Shown here: in pieces, positions 20,815-29,781 of the stretch | Position numbering within the stretch: position 1 is the first letter of the stretch | Layout of the letters: each line of letters begins with the position of its first letter | DNA from: Myxococcales bacterium | GTDB taxonomy: Bacteria; UBA10199; 2-02-FULL-44-16; JAAZCA01 | NCBI GenBank assembly: GCA_012513515.1 | Contig: JAAZCA010000036.1 | Span: 9,045-73,044 of the forward strand | Reading direction: 5' to 3' | Length of the DNA: 64,000 nt | The notes under the pieces: generated by a model | What the model saw: the letters and a program-made list of their open reading frames with translations, nothing else | Told to the model about the DNA's origin: nothing | Databases searched by the model: none | Translations under genes and position numbers: made by a program

Positions 20815-21558
20815 TCAATGTTCCTCCATCCTTTGGATGAGTTCTAAAAAATCATCTGCAAGAGGGGATTCATAGCTCTCCAAAAGAAGTGATTTCGGAT
20901 GTATTATGGCTACCCTGAAGGAGTGCAGCAGATGCCTCCTAGGCTTTAGCGTGTCGAGATCTTTCAGCGAACTGTTCATGTACAGGTCGTCCCCTGAAAT
21001 GGGGTGGCCGATGCTGGCCATGTGAGCTCTTATCTGATGTCGCACCCCGGTCTTTATCGAAATTTCGCATAGAGTATAACTGGTGTTTTTTAGTTTGAAA
21101 TTTCTCAGAGGTTTTACGGTAGTCGTTGCAGCCCTAGCCGCGAATTTTTCGGCCTCAGATTTAGAATTGCATACCAGCATCTTCTTTTTTTTGCGCGGAT
21201 GGTGAGCGATTGGCTTGTTTAAAAGAATCTCATCTTCGATCGTTCCTATGCACAGCGCCAGATATACTTTGTCAAAATTTTCTGCGGCGGTGACATTCCT
21301 TCGCAGCATTTTGAGAGTGGCAGTATTCCTCGCCGCTATGATGAGCCCTGAAGTTTCGTTGTCGAGCCTTTGGATGAGTCCCGCCTCGAGTTTTCCCTGC
21401 GGCAGATCGGCTTGGGAGGGAAAATTGTCTAATATCCATGATGCCAGTGTCCCTTTTTCACCTGATTTCAGTGACACTGAGGGCATTCCGGGGGGCTTCG
21501 ATATTACGATGATGAAGGCGTCATTATGAATTATCGACGGTTCGAGGATTTTTTTCAT
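20815..21558 (-). CDS. RluA-family pseudouridine synthase
   Basis: 'HQIRAHMASIGHPISGDDLY' and catalytic Asp region 'RLDNETSGLII'. Confidence 0.85.
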   Translation of the reverse strand: MKKILEPSIIHNDAFIIVISKPPGMPSVSLKSGEKGTLASWILDNFPSQADLPQGKLEAGLIQRLDNETSGLIIAARNTATLKMLRRNVTAAENFDKVYLALCIGTIEDEILLNKPIAHHPRKKKKMLVCNSKSEAEKFAARAATTTVKPLRNFKLKNTSYTLCEISIKTGVRHQIRAHMASIGHPISGDDLYMNSSLKDLDTLKPRRHLLHSFRVAIIHPKSLLLESYESPLADDFLELIQRMEEH

Positions 21559-21639
21559 CTGGGGATGGCGTCCTTTTTGTCACACGGGAATGAGAGGCAT
21601 TTCAACTAATCGATAATCCTTATAGAATTATTTCGAGAG

Positions 21640-22929
21640 CTAAGGTGTAAGTCTGTTGAGTAGCCTCGGGAAGGGGATGGTTTCGCGGATATGATGTGTG
21701 CCACATATCCATCCGACGAGACGCTCCAGCCCGTATCCGAATCCTGAATGTGGAACGCTTCCGAATTTGCGCAGGTCGAGATACCATTCGAATGCCTTCA
21801 CCGGTAGGCCGTGTTCTTTGATTCTAGAAAGAAGCACTTCGTATTCATCTTCGCGCTGCGAGCCACCGATAATTTCTCCAAACCCTTCCGGGGCGAGCAT
21901 GTCGGCGCAAAGGGCTAGATGTGGCTCGTTTGGATCGCGCTTCATGTAGAAGGCTTTTACCTCAGCCGGGTATTTTTCTATGAAGATAGGACGATCCATA
22001 TCCTTGGTAAGAAGCGTTTCGTCATCCCCTCCCAGATCATCATTTTCTTTGATGTCGCTTCCCATAGAGCGCAGTTTTTTAACTGCGTCGGCGTGCGTCA
22101 TCCTGTGAAAAGGGAGTTGAACCGATTCGAGCTTTGAGATGTCGCGTTCCAAAATGGCGAGCTCCTCTCGGCGATTCTCAAGGCATCTTTTGACGATGTG
22201 ATATACGAGCTGTTCCTGAATCTCGAGGTTGTTTTTATGATCGCAGAATGCCATTTCGGCGTCCATCATCCAGAATTCGGTGAGATGCCTTCTGGTTTTA
22301 CTCTTCTCCGCCCTGAAAACTGGTCCGAAGTCGAAAACCCTGCCGAGGCTCATGATCGCCGCCTCTAGATACAGCTGTCCGGATTGCGACAGATACGCCT
22401 TGCCGAGGTCGAAATATTTGACTTCGAAAAGTGTAGTGGTCCCTTCGCAGGCCGCAGGAGTTAGGATAGGCGAGTCGATCTTCGTGAAGCCGTTGTTAGC
22501 GAACCATTCATAGGTTCCGTTTATTACCTCGTTCCTGACCTTCTGAATCGCCCACTGTTTTTTGGAACGTAGCCACAGGTGTCGCACGTCGAGAAGAAAA
22601 TCGGGGCCGTGTTCCTTTTTTCCGATGGGATACTCGGGAGCTATCTGCACGATTTCGATGTCAGAGATATGAAGCTCATATTCATCCTTTTTGGGATGCT
22701 TCGAAACTTTTCCGGTGATTATGGCGGAGCTCTCAAGGGTCAGATTGCGTGCGTCGTTCCAGGTTTTTTCCGAGACATCTGGGTGATGAACTATCCCCTG
22801 TACGAAACCGGATCCGTCGCGGATCTGCAAAAATGTAATTTTGCCTGAGCTCCTCAGATTATAGATCCAACCCTTGATGGTGACTGTACTGTCTATGTAT
22901 CTTGAAATATCGCTGATGAAAATATCCAT
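21640..22929 (-). CDS. asnS: class II aminoacyl-tRNA synthetase, most likely asparagine--tRNA ligase (archaeal-type AspRS not excluded)
   Basis: Motif 2 '[22 protein letters not shown]', motif 3 region 'GGSQRE', N-terminal OB fold '[24 protein letters not shown]'; 429 aa. Confidence 0.7.
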   Translation of the reverse strand: MDIFISDISRYIDSTVTIKGWIYNLRSSGKITFLQIRDGSGFVQGIVHHPDVSEKTWNDARNLTLESSAIITGKVSKHPKKDEYELHISDIEIVQIAPEYPIGKKEHGPDFLLDVRHLWLRSKKQWAIQKVRNEVINGTYEWFANNGFTKIDSPILTPAACEGTTTLFEVKYFDLGKAYLSQSGQLYLEAAIMSLGRVFDFGPVFRAEKSKTRRHLTEFWMMDAEMAFCDHKNNLEIQEQLVYHIVKRCLENRREELAILERDISKLESVQLPFHRMTHADAVKKLRSMGSDIKENDDLGGDDETLLTKDMDRPIFIEKYPAEVKAFYMKRDPNEPHLALCADMLAPEGFGEIIGGSQREDEYEVLLSRIKEHGLPVKAFEWYLDLRKFGSVPHSGFGYGLERLVGWICGTHHIRETIPFPRLLNRLTP

Positions 22930-22936
22930 TTTTTCC

Positions 22937-23815
22937 TCACATCATCAGAAGGTTTCTCTCGATAACTTCCTCGATAAAATTTGAAACGCCGTTTTTAAAT
23001 TCACGGTGTCCGTAGTATATGTTCGCTTTGAGAAAGCCGAGAGGATCGCCGGTGTCGAACTGCCTTCCCTCGTATTCGAACGCGACCATCTTCCCCTCTT
23101 TGGCTAGGGTGTTCATGCCGTCAGCCAGCTGAATCTCGTTGTTTTTACCCGGAGGGGTTTTTTCGAGAATCTTGAAAAGTTCGGATGGGAAGAGATATCT
23201 GCCAACGACCGAAAAATCGGACGGGGCATCTTCCGCCTTTGGTTTTTCGACGACTCCACTGGCGTAGTGATAAGCCCCTTCAGATTTCGCTATATCGTAA
23301 ACTCCGTATAGGTGGATCTGGTTTCTAGGAGTGTGTTCGGTAGCGTTCACAGCGCAGCCGGTTTTGACGTATGCGTCGATCAACTGCTTGCAGCAAGGAA
23401 CTTTGCTTTCTATTATGACGTCTGGAAGAATCACGATGAAGGGTTCGTCACCTACGGCTTCCTTAGCACAAAGTATCGCGTGGCCTAGCCCTTTTGGATT
23501 GATCTGCATCGTTGTCGTTATATTCACTTTTGAGAGAAGTGAATATAGCCCTGACAACATAGCCTCTTTACCCGCCTCCGCCAGCTTCCTGTCGTAGGAG
23601 GTCTTTTTGCTGAAAAATTCCTCGATCTGTTTTTTGTCGGGGGATGATACAAGGATGATCTCTTCTACCCCGGATGAGACCGCCTCCTCTACGACGATCT
23701 GAAGCGTGGGTTTGGTTCCTATGGGCAAAAGTTCCTTAGGTACCGATTTCGTGACGGGTAGAAATCTGGTTCCCATTCCGGCCACAGGGATTACGGCCTT
23801 GCGGACTTTGGTCAT
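22937..23815 (-). CDS. galU: UTP--glucose-1-phosphate uridylyltransferase
   Basis: '[28 protein letters not shown]' canonical GalU N-terminus; start trimmed to MTKVRK. Confidence 0.9.
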   Translation of the reverse strand: MTKVRKAVIPVAGMGTRFLPVTKSVPKELLPIGTKPTLQIVVEEAVSSGVEEIILVSSPDKKQIEEFFSKKTSYDRKLAEAGKEAMLSGLYSLLSKVNITTTMQINPKGLGHAILCAKEAVGDEPFIVILPDVIIESKVPCCKQLIDAYVKTGCAVNATEHTPRNQIHLYGVYDIAKSEGAYHYASGVVEKPKAEDAPSDFSVVGRYLFPSELFKILEKTPPGKNNEIQLADGMNTLAKEGKMVAFEYEGRQFDTGDPLGFLKANIYYGHREFKNGVSNFIEEVIERNLLMM

Positions 23816-23887
23816 AATTCCTCCGGGATTGAATTTACTGCAAACTAGCACAGGTATTTTTGCTGTAAAGCGGTAAATTGACGCCAA

Positions 23888-24676
23888 CTAGCTATCCATG
23901 AGGCACAGCGGGCGGCCGGTTTGAGGATCCTGCATAGTTCTAACCTCGGTTTGAAATGTGGCTGCCAGCCTGTCGGACCTTATGGTTTCTTGCGGAGGTC
24001 CATCGGAGATTATCCGGCCATCGCGCATAAGCAGTATTCTGGAGCAAAGCGCAGATGCGAAATTTATGTCGTGTGCTGCGATGATAACCGTCATGCCGAG
24101 TTGGTCTCTAAGTTTTGCGATCGTTTTTCTCAGTGCAGAAAGATGTCCTATGTCGAGAAATGTGGTCGGCTCGTCCATGATGAGCGCTTTGGGCTGCTGG
24201 GCGATAGCTCTTGCGAGAAAGACGCGTTGGCGTTCACCGCCGGAGAGTTCTGATATATCTCGATTTGCGAGCTCTTCACAGTTGACCATCTTCATGGCAC
24301 CCAGAGCGGTTTCTATATCTAATTTCGATTCGAAACCAGTTGCCGGAATGTGAGGGGCCCTGCCCATTAATACCGTTTCGAGGGCTGTTATCGAATATGC
24401 TATTGAAGGGCTCTGTGCGACAAAGGCTATTTTTTTTGCGCGCTCGCGGCATGTCATTTTGCGATTCGGCTTTCCAAATAGGAGAATTTCACCTGATGAT
24501 GGCTTCCTATTTCCGGCGATAAGCGAAAGCAGTGTGCTCTTCCCAGCTCCGTTAGGGCCGAGGACCCCCAGCAGTTCGCCGGGCGAGACCGCGAAGGAGA
24601 CCGTATCTACTGCCATTCTGTTTCCGTAGCTGAATGATATTTCTCGTATATCGAATGCCGTCGTATTTTCAGGCAT
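23888..24676 (-). CDS. btuD: ABC transporter ATP-binding protein, iron-siderophore/cobalamin (FecE/BtuD) type
   Basis: Walker A 'GPNGAGKST', signature 'LSGGERQR', Walker B 'LIMDEPT'; overlaps permease gene. Confidence 0.85.
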   Translation of the reverse strand: MPENTTAFDIREISFSYGNRMAVDTVSFAVSPGELLGVLGPNGAGKSTLLSLIAGNRKPSSGEILLFGKPNRKMTCRERAKKIAFVAQSPSIAYSITALETVLMGRAPHIPATGFESKLDIETALGAMKMVNCEELANRDISELSGGERQRVFLARAIAQQPKALIMDEPTTFLDIGHLSALRKTIAKLRDQLGMTVIIAAHDINFASALCSRILLMRDGRIISDGPPQETIRSDRLAATFQTEVRTMQDPQTGRPLCLMDS

Positions 24677-25670
24677 GGCTCTTCCCCATGTTTTTTCTGA
24701 GAAGTATCATGAACAGAGGTGCGCCTATAAGTGCCGTTATTACGCCGACTGGCAGCTCAGTGGCGTAGTCGGAGTTGGAAAGTATCGTTCTTGCGATAGT
24801 ATCTGCCAAAACCAGAAATGCTGCGCCGGCGATTCCGGAGGCCGGGATCAATAGGCGGTTGTCGGCGCCAAGGGTCAGGCGGACTATGTGCGGCACGAAG
24901 AGCCCTACGAAACCTATGAGTCCGGATGCCGCAACGGCCGCCCCAACCATAACCGACGAACATACGAAGACCGCAGCGCGTATCCTGGAAGGATCGACTC
25001 CTACCGATCTCGCCTCGTCGTCTCCGAGCATAAGGATGTTCATTCTTCTTGCGAGAAGGGAAAGGATTATGAGCCCTGGAATTACCAGCGCCGCTGTTAT
25101 CGCTACCAGCCCCAGCCCCATCTCTTCGAGATTTCCTATTAGGAGGAAGAGGATCTGATACGCCTCCTCCATGGTCACCATGGCGTTGATGAAGAGTATC
25201 AGCGCAAAGCAGAAGGCGTTGAAGATCACCCCGGTGAGCATCAGTTCGGTGGAGCGAAAGGAACTTCGCACCCTGGAAAACCACATGATTGCTATCATCG
25301 AGAGCATTGCGCCTAAAAATGCGGCTCCAGAGATCCATGCGAATGGAAGCCTGAAACCCAGTGCGGCGATGCTGCCTAGTGCAGCGCCTCCTGATACTCC
25401 TAGTATGAATGGGTCAGCCAGAGGATTTTTTAGAAGAGTTTGAAATGCTCCACCTGATGAAGCTAGAGCCATCCCGACGATGGCTGCAAGTAGGACCCTC
25501 GGGAGCCTCGCTCCCAACAGTATGTCGCTGCCAGCTCCGCCGAGAAGCGCTTCAAAGATATCTACCGATCCGCTGCCATGCGACAGGCCAAAATAAATCG
25601 CCGCGAGAAGCAGCACAGTAAGGATCGATATCGAAAACAAAAACTTCTTTTTTGTAAGGTACGATTTCAT
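24669..25670 (-). CDS. btuC: ABC transporter permease, FecCD family (BtuC/HmuU-like)
   Basis: About 9-10 TM helices, FecCD-like glycine-rich segments; 4-bp overlaps on both sides. Confidence 0.85.
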   Translation of the reverse strand: MKSYLTKKKFLFSISILTVLLLAAIYFGLSHGSGSVDIFEALLGGAGSDILLGARLPRVLLAAIVGMALASSGGAFQTLLKNPLADPFILGVSGGAALGSIAALGFRLPFAWISGAAFLGAMLSMIAIMWFSRVRSSFRSTELMLTGVIFNAFCFALILFINAMVTMEEAYQILFLLIGNLEEMGLGLVAITAALVIPGLIILSLLARRMNILMLGDDEARSVGVDPSRIRAAVFVCSSVMVGAAVAASGLIGFVGLFVPHIVRLTLGADNRLLIPASGIAGAAFLVLADTIARTILSNSDYATELPVGVITALIGAPLFMILLRKNMGKSHA

Positions 25671-26506
25671 CTTTCTCCGTGTATAACCCTCGCCAGATTT
25701 TCCAGAGCGTCAGGTAGGCGTGGTCCGGGGCGAAAATCGTCAGCGTTCATTATGTATATCCTGCCGCGCTTGTACGCATCGCAATTTTTTATCTTGCTCC
25801 ACGCCTCTTCCGGGGTGTGCGCCTCGCTTCCCATCGACAGGTCCACTATGAAATCCGGATTCGCTGTTAGTATATCTTCCACCCCTATTCTGGGGTAGGG
25901 CACAGAAGATTTCTTCGCGGCGTTTTCAACTCCTATAGATGAAAGGAGCGTGCCCATATACGAGATATCGCCAGCGGCTATGATGGGCCTTCTTCCCCAT
26001 ATTATGAATCCTTTTTTTTGGGGAGCGCTGCTCCACCTCTTTTTGAGTTCAATAAACTCCTTCTTTATTTGAAGCGCAACTGCATCGGCGGATTTTTTCA
26101 TTCCTATAGTTGCGCCTATTGCCGAGATGGATGAAACGATTTCATCGGGAGTGCTGAATGAAAAAAAACTCGTTTTTATTCCGAGGCTTTCCATTTTTTC
26201 GAATGATCTTCTGCTGGAGTTTTCCTCCGAATTCAGGACGACATCCGGGCGCAGCGCGACTATTTTTTCGATCATAGGGCGGGTGTAGTCACCTACGATC
26301 TGCGGTCTATTTTCCAGAGCTTCCAGTTCGCAGTATTTCGTCGCCCCGACGATCATATCTCCGGCTCCTATCGCGATCAGTGTGTCAGTGATCACCGGCT
26401 TCAGCGATACGATTCGCTTCGGCATCTCGTCGTTCGAAAATAGGTTTTGCGAAGAGAGGGAAGCTATAATCACGAATGTGATTAACACCCCTTCCTTGAT
26501 TTTCAT
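25667..26506 (-). CDS. btuF: periplasmic substrate-binding protein of cobalamin/Fe3+-siderophore ABC family (BtuF-like)
   Basis: Signal peptide; 'RIVSLKPVITDTLIAIGAGDMIVG' class III SBP N-lobe typical of BtuF/FhuD. Confidence 0.8.
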   Translation of the reverse strand: MKIKEGVLITFVIIASLSSQNLFSNDEMPKRIVSLKPVITDTLIAIGAGDMIVGATKYCELEALENRPQIVGDYTRPMIEKIVALRPDVVLNSEENSSRRSFEKMESLGIKTSFFSFSTPDEIVSSISAIGATIGMKKSADAVALQIKKEFIELKKRWSSAPQKKGFIIWGRRPIIAAGDISYMGTLLSSIGVENAAKKSSVPYPRIGVEDILTANPDFIVDLSMGSEAHTPEEAWSKIKNCDAYKRGRIYIMNADDFRPGPRLPDALENLARVIHGER

Positions 26507-26507
26507 T

Positions 26508-27845
26508 TCAGTTCATCCCTGAGAGATCAACCTCATATATAGCACCGCCCATCGATGCATCGGTCGCCGTTTGATATAATACTCCGTCAAATATCGTAGC
26601 GGGGCCGGGGTTTGCAGGGAGTTTTGTTTCTACGGTTCCATCCCATCCATCTTCGGCGGTGTTGAAAAAGATTACTTTGCCTGTGCTGCCAAAGAGGCCG
26701 AAATCCGATGCCGCTGCGACATTTCCGAAAATCTGCAGGGATGATATGAAACTTTCAACTTCGCCAAGCTCCAGTTTGAAAATCCTATCTCCGCTTTGTG
26801 CGTCAATCCCCGCCACCGCGTTCGAAGGCTTTTGCAGGCCTACGAGGATGGCTCCATCCTGCGATATTGGCATCTCAGGGCTTATTATTCCTGTGAGAGG
26901 TCTTCTATCGTCAGATGCCATCGTGTGCGATATTTTATCTCCAGAGGGGAATGAAAATATATCAACCGAAAGTTGCGTTTTTTGGTTGGGGTTAAATCCG
27001 TTTGAACAGAGAACAGCCAGCTTGTCTGAATCCATGGGTGCTACAGCGGTCGGGTTGATCCCTCCCGTGTAGTATGCAGTTGATGCGTCATGGACTACCG
27101 CTCCGAAACCATCGTATGGGAAGCAGATCAGAGTCCCTTCGTTGTGAGTGCTCTTTAATGGGTCCATGTCGATATGATCCATATTGGATGTCACGATGCA
27201 AACGTTGTCCTTTATAAGGGCAGCTCCCGAGGGCATGTTGGGTAGAAAAGCGAGAGGCTTTCCATTTTTATCGGCGATATATTCTTTCGAGAAAATGACT
27301 TCATCAGATATCTTTCGACTGACATCGTTTATCAGGACGAATCCATCAGGAGAGGATCTCGTTATAAGGTGATATCCGCCGGAAAGTATCACGTGGTTCG
27401 ATGGGCGACCGTCGAACTCTTCGAACGATTTCCATGGGGAATTAACACCCCCTATCAGCGACCTTTCCTGCAGAGAACCCTTGGTTGTTTCGCAGGTGAC
27501 AAATACCTTCTGTGACTCATCATCTATTCTGATGCTTGCAGGAAAACCGCATGGCAATTCGGAAAACAGATTTGCCATGGGTGGAGTTGGAGCTGCTGGT
27601 TTAGTTATCTCGGTTAATCCGTCTAAATAATCGATGATGTCGCCAAACGATATCTCTTTTGAAACTTCCGAAGTTTCCGCGTGGGTTACCAGTTCGTCTC
27701 TGATTTTGTCTGTCGGGTCCTGATGGTGAGACAGATCCATAGGTCGGTCAACGTCTGTGACAGCATCGACTTCCTTATCGATAACATCGTTTTTTACCGG
27801 GCGCGGTGCTGGTGAACATCCCCAAAGAAAACCTGCTGATAACAT
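26508..27845 (-). CDS. hypothetical exported (lipo)protein, predicted beta-propeller-like, within B12 uptake locus
   Basis: N-terminal 'FLWGCS' lipobox-like; repeated beta-strand blocks; located between btuB-like and btuF. Confidence 0.4.
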   Translation of the reverse strand: MLSAGFLWGCSPAPRPVKNDVIDKEVDAVTDVDRPMDLSHHQDPTDKIRDELVTHAETSEVSKEISFGDIIDYLDGLTEITKPAAPTPPMANLFSELPCGFPASIRIDDESQKVFVTCETTKGSLQERSLIGGVNSPWKSFEEFDGRPSNHVILSGGYHLITRSSPDGFVLINDVSRKISDEVIFSKEYIADKNGKPLAFLPNMPSGAALIKDNVCIVTSNMDHIDMDPLKSTHNEGTLICFPYDGFGAVVHDASTAYYTGGINPTAVAPMDSDKLAVLCSNGFNPNQKTQLSVDIFSFPSGDKISHTMASDDRRPLTGIISPEMPISQDGAILVGLQKPSNAVAGIDAQSGDRIFKLELGEVESFISSLQIFGNVAAASDFGLFGSTGKVIFFNTAEDGWDGTVETKLPANPGPATIFDGVLYQTATDASMGGAIYEVDLSGMN

Positions 27846-27857
27846 AACTCCTCCTTT

Positions 27858-29771
27858 TTAGTTTTGGATTTCTCCGTTTACGACCGATATGGCGTCGAGA
27901 TCGAAGCCGGCTACCGGTTTTGATCCCGTGCTCTTGCGGTCTTTGATTTTTATGTAACGAGCCCGTGCGACTCCGATTTCCGACAGATCGAATGCATTGC
28001 CTCCCGCGAGGTCAGGATCGAAGGGGCTTATTCCGTTTTTGGAATTTGAATATACCGGCATCGATCCGGCGCATCCATCGTATGGGTAAGCGGATGTGTC
28101 GCATGGGAATGCCTTGAAATTTATTCCGTCTGCGCTGACTTCAACCGATGCCAGTTCAGCGAAGGGGGCGTTTTCATCCCCTCCGATATAGAATGCGTTT
28201 TCAAATATTATGAAATCAGCGCCGGGGCCGTCTACCGCGTGGCAATTGCCGAGGTCCAGCGTGATACTGCCGTTTTTGCCCAGGCTTAAAACATCCAGGC
28301 CTCCTGCGAGCGCGCCATTTCCCTGTGGCGGGCCAAGGACAATATCTGGAAATTTATCCTGCCCAAACCCCGCATCGTATCCGTATTTGACCGATCTGAC
28401 TGCCTGTGCAAATCCCTGACAGGAATCTCCGTCATTTCCTTCCGGGGGGGGCGGAGGGTCGAAGCTTTCGCTATCCCCAGATTGTTCGTTCGGCAGATAT
28501 CTCTTTGCAGGTGCATCGCTATAAACTGCCACGAGCGTCCCCGGATATCCGGTAAGGATGAAGAGATCGGGCCCTTCGTAGTCGATTCCTCTGGTGCCGG
28601 GGCGGACCGCGATCGGGCCTGCTCCGGTGTTTGCACCGGTGGGATTTTCCGTGGTTACTTCGGAGGAATAGCCTACAACTATCGGGTCCTTCACTTCAGG
28701 GTTTGCAATATCGGATATGTCGACCGGATAAACAGCGCTTTTTTCAAAGCTTGCTATGAAGATGTGGCTATTGTCCTGAGAGAGCTTTACATCCGTCATA
28801 TAGTCGCTTTCATCCGTTATCATCAGCGGGTTATTTTTTCCTCTAAGGACGGAGATATTTATGAGGTCTATCTCATAGACTTCTCCAAACGCAGATGACC
28901 CGACAAATGCCAGAGATCCGTCTATGGTCACGGCCGCAGCATGAAATGATGCAGCAACCTGTCCAAGCGGGATGCTTCCGGTTATCTCCATCGTTTCCGG
29001 GTCGGCGATATCTATTACGGAATCGGTTGCAGGAACTGATTCCGCATTTATGATATTGATGACGCCGGAATTTGTTATTATCAATTCTTCTCCATTTCGC
29101 ACCGAGAGCCCCGTTGGGTTAAATGCGCTCGTGACTATTATACCTGCGTCGATCATCGATCCGCCCGACTTAATATCGAACGCTCGAACGATTCCTGGAG
29201 CGGCAACAGCCGGGTTTGTGGTGTTGATGTAATTCGACATGGCTACAAATATCCTGTCGCCGATTCTTGCTATTCCGGATGGAAAATTCGGAGTTATCTT
29301 CTCATCCGACGAAGTTCCGTCCGAGTTTCTATGGTCTTTCCCTATTTCCACATCCGAAAGGAGATTTGTCCTAGAGTGGACTCTTCCGGTTTTAGGGCTG
29401 AAGCGTATCAACGAATTCGAGGTGGTCAAGAACGCATCATCCTGGGATGAAATCAGCAGCTTCGAGGGGATTCCGGATCCATTCGGCGATATCAATCCTT
29501 GAAATTTCGAGGACACCTTCATCGTGTCGGCATTTATATCCACGGCTATTACTCCTGCAGGGGATGATGTGCTCACTATGAACGCGGTCGAATCCATCCC
29601 TTTGATATCCGGTATTACGATGTCGGATGGAAAATCGCTGGATAAAATAAATGATGGCGGCGCGAGAGATTCATCTTCATTTGGAGGAGGCCTGCTCTCT
29701 ATCTCGCTGCTCCCGCAGGCGATCAAAAGCGTAAAAAAGATCACCGGTAAAATTCGAATATTCTTTTTCAT
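27858..29771 (-). CDS. hypothetical surface lipoprotein, beta-propeller-like N-region plus C-terminal beta-sandwich-like domain, within B12 uptake locus
   Basis: Lipoprotein signal 'FFTLLIACGSS'; proline-rich linker 'DPPPPPEGNDGD' separating two regions; immediately downstream of TonB-dependent receptor. Confidence 0.45.
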   Translation of the reverse strand: MKKNIRILPVIFFTLLIACGSSEIESRPPPNEDESLAPPSFILSSDFPSDIVIPDIKGMDSTAFIVSTSSPAGVIAVDINADTMKVSSKFQGLISPNGSGIPSKLLISSQDDAFLTTSNSLIRFSPKTGRVHSRTNLLSDVEIGKDHRNSDGTSSDEKITPNFPSGIARIGDRIFVAMSNYINTTNPAVAAPGIVRAFDIKSGGSMIDAGIIVTSAFNPTGLSVRNGEELIITNSGVINIINAESVPATDSVIDIADPETMEITGSIPLGQVAASFHAAAVTIDGSLAFVGSSAFGEVYEIDLINISVLRGKNNPLMITDESDYMTDVKLSQDNSHIFIASFEKSAVYPVDISDIANPEVKDPIVVGYSSEVTTENPTGANTGAGPIAVRPGTRGIDYEGPDLFILTGYPGTLVAVYSDAPAKRYLPNEQSGDSESFDPPPPPEGNDGDSCQGFAQAVRSVKYGYDAGFGQDKFPDIVLGPPQGNGALAGGLDVLSLGKNGSITLDLGNCHAVDGPGADFIIFENAFYIGGDENAPFAELASVEVSADGINFKAFPCDTSAYPYDGCAGSMPVYSNSKNGISPFDPDLAGGNAFDLSEIGVARARYIKIKDRKSTGSKPVAGFDLDAISVVNGEIQN

Positions 29772-29781
29772 TCGATATCTC

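Noticed and set aside
24757-25338. 193-aa ORF antisense/out-of-frame within FecCD permease gene (also 24775..25158, 24888..25142, 25171..25443 plus-strand ORFs)
   Set aside because: Arg/Gly-rich low-complexity translations typical of spurious frames inside a GC-rich membrane-protein gene.
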